This document shows, in pieces, positions 61,393 to 64,000 of a DNA stretch of 64,000 nucleotides. The notes beneath the pieces are model-generated. The model saw only the letters and a list, made by a program, of their open reading frames with translations, ran no database searches and was not told the origin of the DNA. Origin of the DNA: Anaerolineales bacterium (GTDB lineage: Bacteria > Chloroflexota > Anaerolineae > Anaerolineales > E44-bin32). Position 1 is the first letter of the stretch. The number at the start of each line of letters is the position of its first letter. The stretch is from NCBI GenBank assembly GCA_034430395.1, contig DAOUEQ010000036.1, forward strand, positions 2,116 through 66,115. The letters run 5' to 3'. A program made the translations under genes and the position numbers.

Positions 61393-62607
61393 ATGGATCC
61401 TGTAGAAAAACTCGCCATCTCCAGTCGGGAAACCACTTTCGAGGCCGATGGGCTCCCGCTGACAACTCGTCCGAATAACCTTGCCGGTGGTTTACAGCCA
61501 TCCGTGATCAGCAGGCGCTTTGGCGATCCGGACAAGGTCCACCGTGTGCGTTCTGACGGACACGATTTCCACGTTCACCTCGCCGCAAGCGGTGGAGGGC
61601 GTCAGCTTCCCCTGCTTAAGGCCATGCTTACCTCTGCGTGTGAACGGAATTGTAATTATTGTCCTTTTCGCGCCGGGCGAGACTTCCGCAGGGTAACTTT
61701 CAGACCGGAGGAACTCGCACAGACATTCTTCGCTGCCCATCGCTCCGGGCTTGTCGAAGGCCTCTTCCTTTCAACTGGCATCTTCGCCGGCGGGGCAAAC
61801 ACACAGAATAAGCTTCTGGAAACAGCCGAAATCCTGCGCAGGAAGTTTAGCTATCGTGGCTACCTGCATCTGAAGATCATGCCGGGGGCTGAACGCGGCC
61901 AAGTTCTGAGCGCGATGAAACTCGCCGACCGTATATCGACCAATCTTGAGGCCCCCAACGCATCTTGCCTTCAAAAATTAGCCCCGCAAAAGGCGTTTAA
62001 AGAGGAATTGGTTGCTCCACTTCAATGGGCGCAGGAGATTCGCCAAACCTTACCAGCCCATCTTGGGTGGCGCGGTCATTGGCCCACCAGCACCACCCAG
62101 TTCGTGGTTGGCCCGGCCGGAGAGACGGATCTGGAACTCTTGAGCACCGTCGATAATTTGCATCGCCAAGCAGAATTGCAGCGCGCCTATTTTGAGACTT
62201 TTAGTCCTGTTGAAGGAACACCGATGGAGAACCACCCACCAGAGGATCCACAACGCAAGGTGCGGCTCTACCAGGCTTCTTTCTTGCTGCGCGATTATGG
62301 TTTTAATCTGGAGGAACTCCCCTTCGCACCGATAGGTAATCTCCCCAAAGAGATCGATCCCAAGGTGGCTTATGCGAATCAGGTTATCCGCGGGAATCCC
62401 GTAGAAATTAATAAGGCGGATCGCAATGAGCTAATTCGTGTGCCCGGGATTGGCCCACGCGGAGCAGATCAGATCTTGAAGGCACGCGACATATCTAAAA
62501 TCCGCGAACTTGGTCAACTCCGCCGCTTTGGTGTCCTCACCAAACGCGCCGCACCTTATATCACGCTGAATGGAGCCACACCATCCAAACAGCTAACGCT
62601 ATTCTGA
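61393..62607 (+). CDS. Putative DNA modification/repair radical SAM protein with C-terminal helix-hairpin-helix
   Basis: 404 aa with the CxxxCxxC cluster CERNCNYCPF and the C-terminal HhH LIRVPGIGPRGADQILKAR. Length and layout match the TIGR03916-type family as I remember it. Confidence 0.75.
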   Translation: MDPVEKLAISSRETTFEADGLPLTTRPNNLAGGLQPSVISRRFGDPDKVHRVRSDGHDFHVHLAASGGGRQLPLLKAMLTSACERNCNYCPFRAGRDFRRVTFRPEELAQTFFAAHRSGLVEGLFLSTGIFAGGANTQNKLLETAEILRRKFSYRGYLHLKIMPGAERGQVLSAMKLADRISTNLEAPNASCLQKLAPQKAFKEELVAPLQWAQEIRQTLPAHLGWRGHWPTSTTQFVVGPAGETDLELLSTVDNLHRQAELQRAYFETFSPVEGTPMENHPPEDPQRKVRLYQASFLLRDYGFNLEELPFAPIGNLPKEIDPKVAYANQVIRGNPVEINKADRNELIRVPGIGPRGADQILKARDISKIRELGQLRRFGVLTKRAAPYITLNGATPSKQLTLF

Positions 62608-62651
62608 TTACCTTCGCCCGGATTTGCCTTCAATATTGAGTCCACTTAACA

Positions 62652-62684
62652 AAAACACCCTCGAGGCGAGCGGAAGGTGTTTTA
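62652..62684 (+). terminator. Intrinsic terminator after the radical SAM gene
   Basis: AAACACC-(CTCG AGG CGAG CGGAA)-GGTGTTT is followed by T-rich sequence. Confidence 0.55.
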
Positions 62685-62803
62685 GAAAACTCTATGCTTA
62701 TTTTGTGGTCTCAGGCAAAAATGTATACAGTTTCCAACGCATTTTCACCCAGTTAATGGTTTCCTTTGATTTTGGCTATTTTGATACTTCAGCCAGTGAC
62801 ATT

Positions 62804-63436
62804 TCATTTTTTATACGCGGTTTTTATCTCCTCAAGTTGGTCGTCTGTGAGTGGCTGCGGTTTGCCAACCATTAATGCCTGGTGATAGGTCTGCAAACCC
62901 ACCTCGGCATTAAACGCCGTTTCATAAGCATGGTTCAAATCGCTACCAATGGCTACCAACCCGTGCTTGTCTAGTAAAACGACTTTTAAATCAGGTCGGC
63001 TTTTGAATATCTCAACCGTGATTTCACCGACTTTTTGTGTGCCTGGGCAAGCCCAGGGTGCAACAGGGATTGGGGCGCCACAAGCGAATAATTCAAGATT
63101 TGCTGGGGGTATTTCTTCCCCCAACATCGCAAACGTGATCGCATAAGATGAGTGCGTATGACATATCCCCCCCACCTCAGCCAGATTCCGATAGATGGCT
63201 GTATGCAGAGGCGCCTCAGAAGACGGAGCTAATCCTTCGATTAAATTGCCTTTCAAATCAACGACGGAGATATCATCTACGTTCATTTGGTCATACTTCA
63301 CACCACTGGGGGTGATGGCGACCAGGTCTTTACCGGCTCGGGTGCTAAAATTTCCTGCTGATAAGCGGATCAGGCCGACTTCATTGGCTTTGACGACGGT
63401 TCCCAAAAGCTCTTCACGTACGGATTGATGCTTCAT
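62804..63436 (-). CDS. Class II aldolase/adducin-domain protein (L-fuculose-phosphate aldolase / L-ribulose-5-phosphate 4-epimerase family)
   Basis: 210 aa with SAGNFS, the PSS...LH loop and the metal ligands in ICHTHSSYA. Confidence 0.8.
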   Translation of the reverse strand: MKHQSVREELLGTVVKANEVGLIRLSAGNFSTRAGKDLVAITPSGVKYDQMNVDDISVVDLKGNLIEGLAPSSEAPLHTAIYRNLAEVGGICHTHSSYAITFAMLGEEIPPANLELFACGAPIPVAPWACPGTQKVGEITVEIFKSRPDLKVVLLDKHGLVAIGSDLNHAYETAFNAEVGLQTYHQALMVGKPQPLTDDQLEEIKTAYKK

Positions 63437-63752
63437 CTCAACGCTCCTGAAGACACGGTTGGCAAGGCTTGTCCACGGTCTTACTCGCGCAGGGCCAACC
63501 TAATAACACCGAATTATTCATTGGCAATGAGAGAATCATAGAAAATCTTCCCTTCAATGATCTTGTTGTATCCCTTCCTCGATCTGCTTGACAATCCTAT
63601 TAATGCAGCCCTTAGCAAGGTTCGATTCAGCCTAACGGCGATCATTGATTCTGCGCTGGAGTAAACGATGGATCAATATTCGGGCAGCCAACCTCGATGA
63701 GCAAGGAGGACCGGCGCCTTCAGTATGCAACATTCAGCCAGGGGCTTCCCGC

Positions 63753-64000
63753 CTATGGATGAATCGTGCCCTGCTGCCTTAATGCAAACCATGAAACCAA
63801 TGCAGTCGCCAGCCCTGAAACAATCAGTCCTATGGCGAAGACCATTGAAGCAGTCCCCGAGCGATAACTCACGGATCCAACAATCTCGGGAATATGTTTC
63901 AAGGTGTCGGCCAATGCCAACAAGAGACCGATAGTGATCAAGCCCTGGTAACTGGCTCTGGTTCCCCGGGCTGCTAACGCAATCAATCCTGTAAGCGCAA
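63753..64000 (-). CDS. 3' part of a membrane-protein gene that continues past the window end
   Basis: The frame is open to position 64000, the listed start is a TTG, and the translation is hydrophobic (LITIGLLLALA..., MVFAIGLIVSGLATALVSWF). Confidence 0.45.
   Translation of the reverse strand, partial: ALTGLIALAARGTRASYQGLITIGLLLALADTLKHIPEIVGSVSYRSGTASMVFAIGLIVSGLATALVSWFALRQQGTIHP

Noticed and set aside
62624-62875. An 83-aa plus-strand ORF after the radical SAM gene
   Set aside because: It starts inside the terminator region, is AT-rich and low-complexity (FxF/Y-rich), and overlaps the 3' end of the convergent aldolase gene.
1-64000. CRISPR arrays, rRNA operons, IS elements with terminal inverted repeats
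   Set aside because: I saw no regularly spaced direct repeats, no rRNA-like conserved blocks and no transposase-like ORFs. The only mobile-element signature is the integrase/Rep region at the left edge.

Overview
This is a gene-dense 64-kb chromosomal segment with about 58 protein-coding genes and 3 tRNAs. I saw no rRNA genes and no CRISPR array. The protein repertoire suggests a Chloroflexota (Anaerolineae-like) genome, but this is inference only. That repertoire includes a Zn-ribbon protein with PDWL-type repeats, a secreted protein with FxETGH...GYPI repeats, FHA/PP2C signalling genes and multi-GAF histidine kinases. The left edge (1-2759) is visibly AT-rich compared with the rest. It looks like the integrase-proximal end of an integrated element (rolling-circle Rep, HTH/Zn-ribbon protein, tyrosine integrase) sitting at the 3' end of a tRNA-Met gene. 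Recognisable core genes are lexA, xpt-guaA, coaE, rsgA, a PBP2-type transpeptidase, maf, rarA, uvrC, a phosphohexomutase, a glycerate kinase and a homoserine dehydrogenase. The observations I rate highest are these. (1) Four Cheo-type LexA boxes (GAAC-N4-GT[TG]C) in three promoters link lexA, a NurA/200-aa-unknown/HerA operon and a radical-SAM/HhH DNA-repair gene into one predicted SOS regulon. (2) A tightly packed minus-strand block (43949-57435) contains a seven-gene, partly translationally coupled operon whose function cannot be recognised. That operon encodes an actin-fold (GlmL/MutL-like) ATPase, a barrel-sandwich protein, four membrane proteins and the Zn-ribbon repeat protein. It is followed by an LPXTG protein, a P-loop ATPase fused to an OmpR-type wHTH, and two unusual kinases. 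(3) The histidine-phosphatase / DUF3090 / PI3-PI4-kinase-like trio is present; its function is still uncharacterised. (4) A roughly 190-nt promoter-to-terminator unit at 29.1-29.3 kb has mutually exclusive helices and is a candidate riboswitch or sRNA. (5) A near-identical extended -10 motif, TGnTACAATGGCCAnATG, appears to drive leaderless transcripts at two unrelated genes. All calls rest on reading the sequence and ORF translations; no database search was run.
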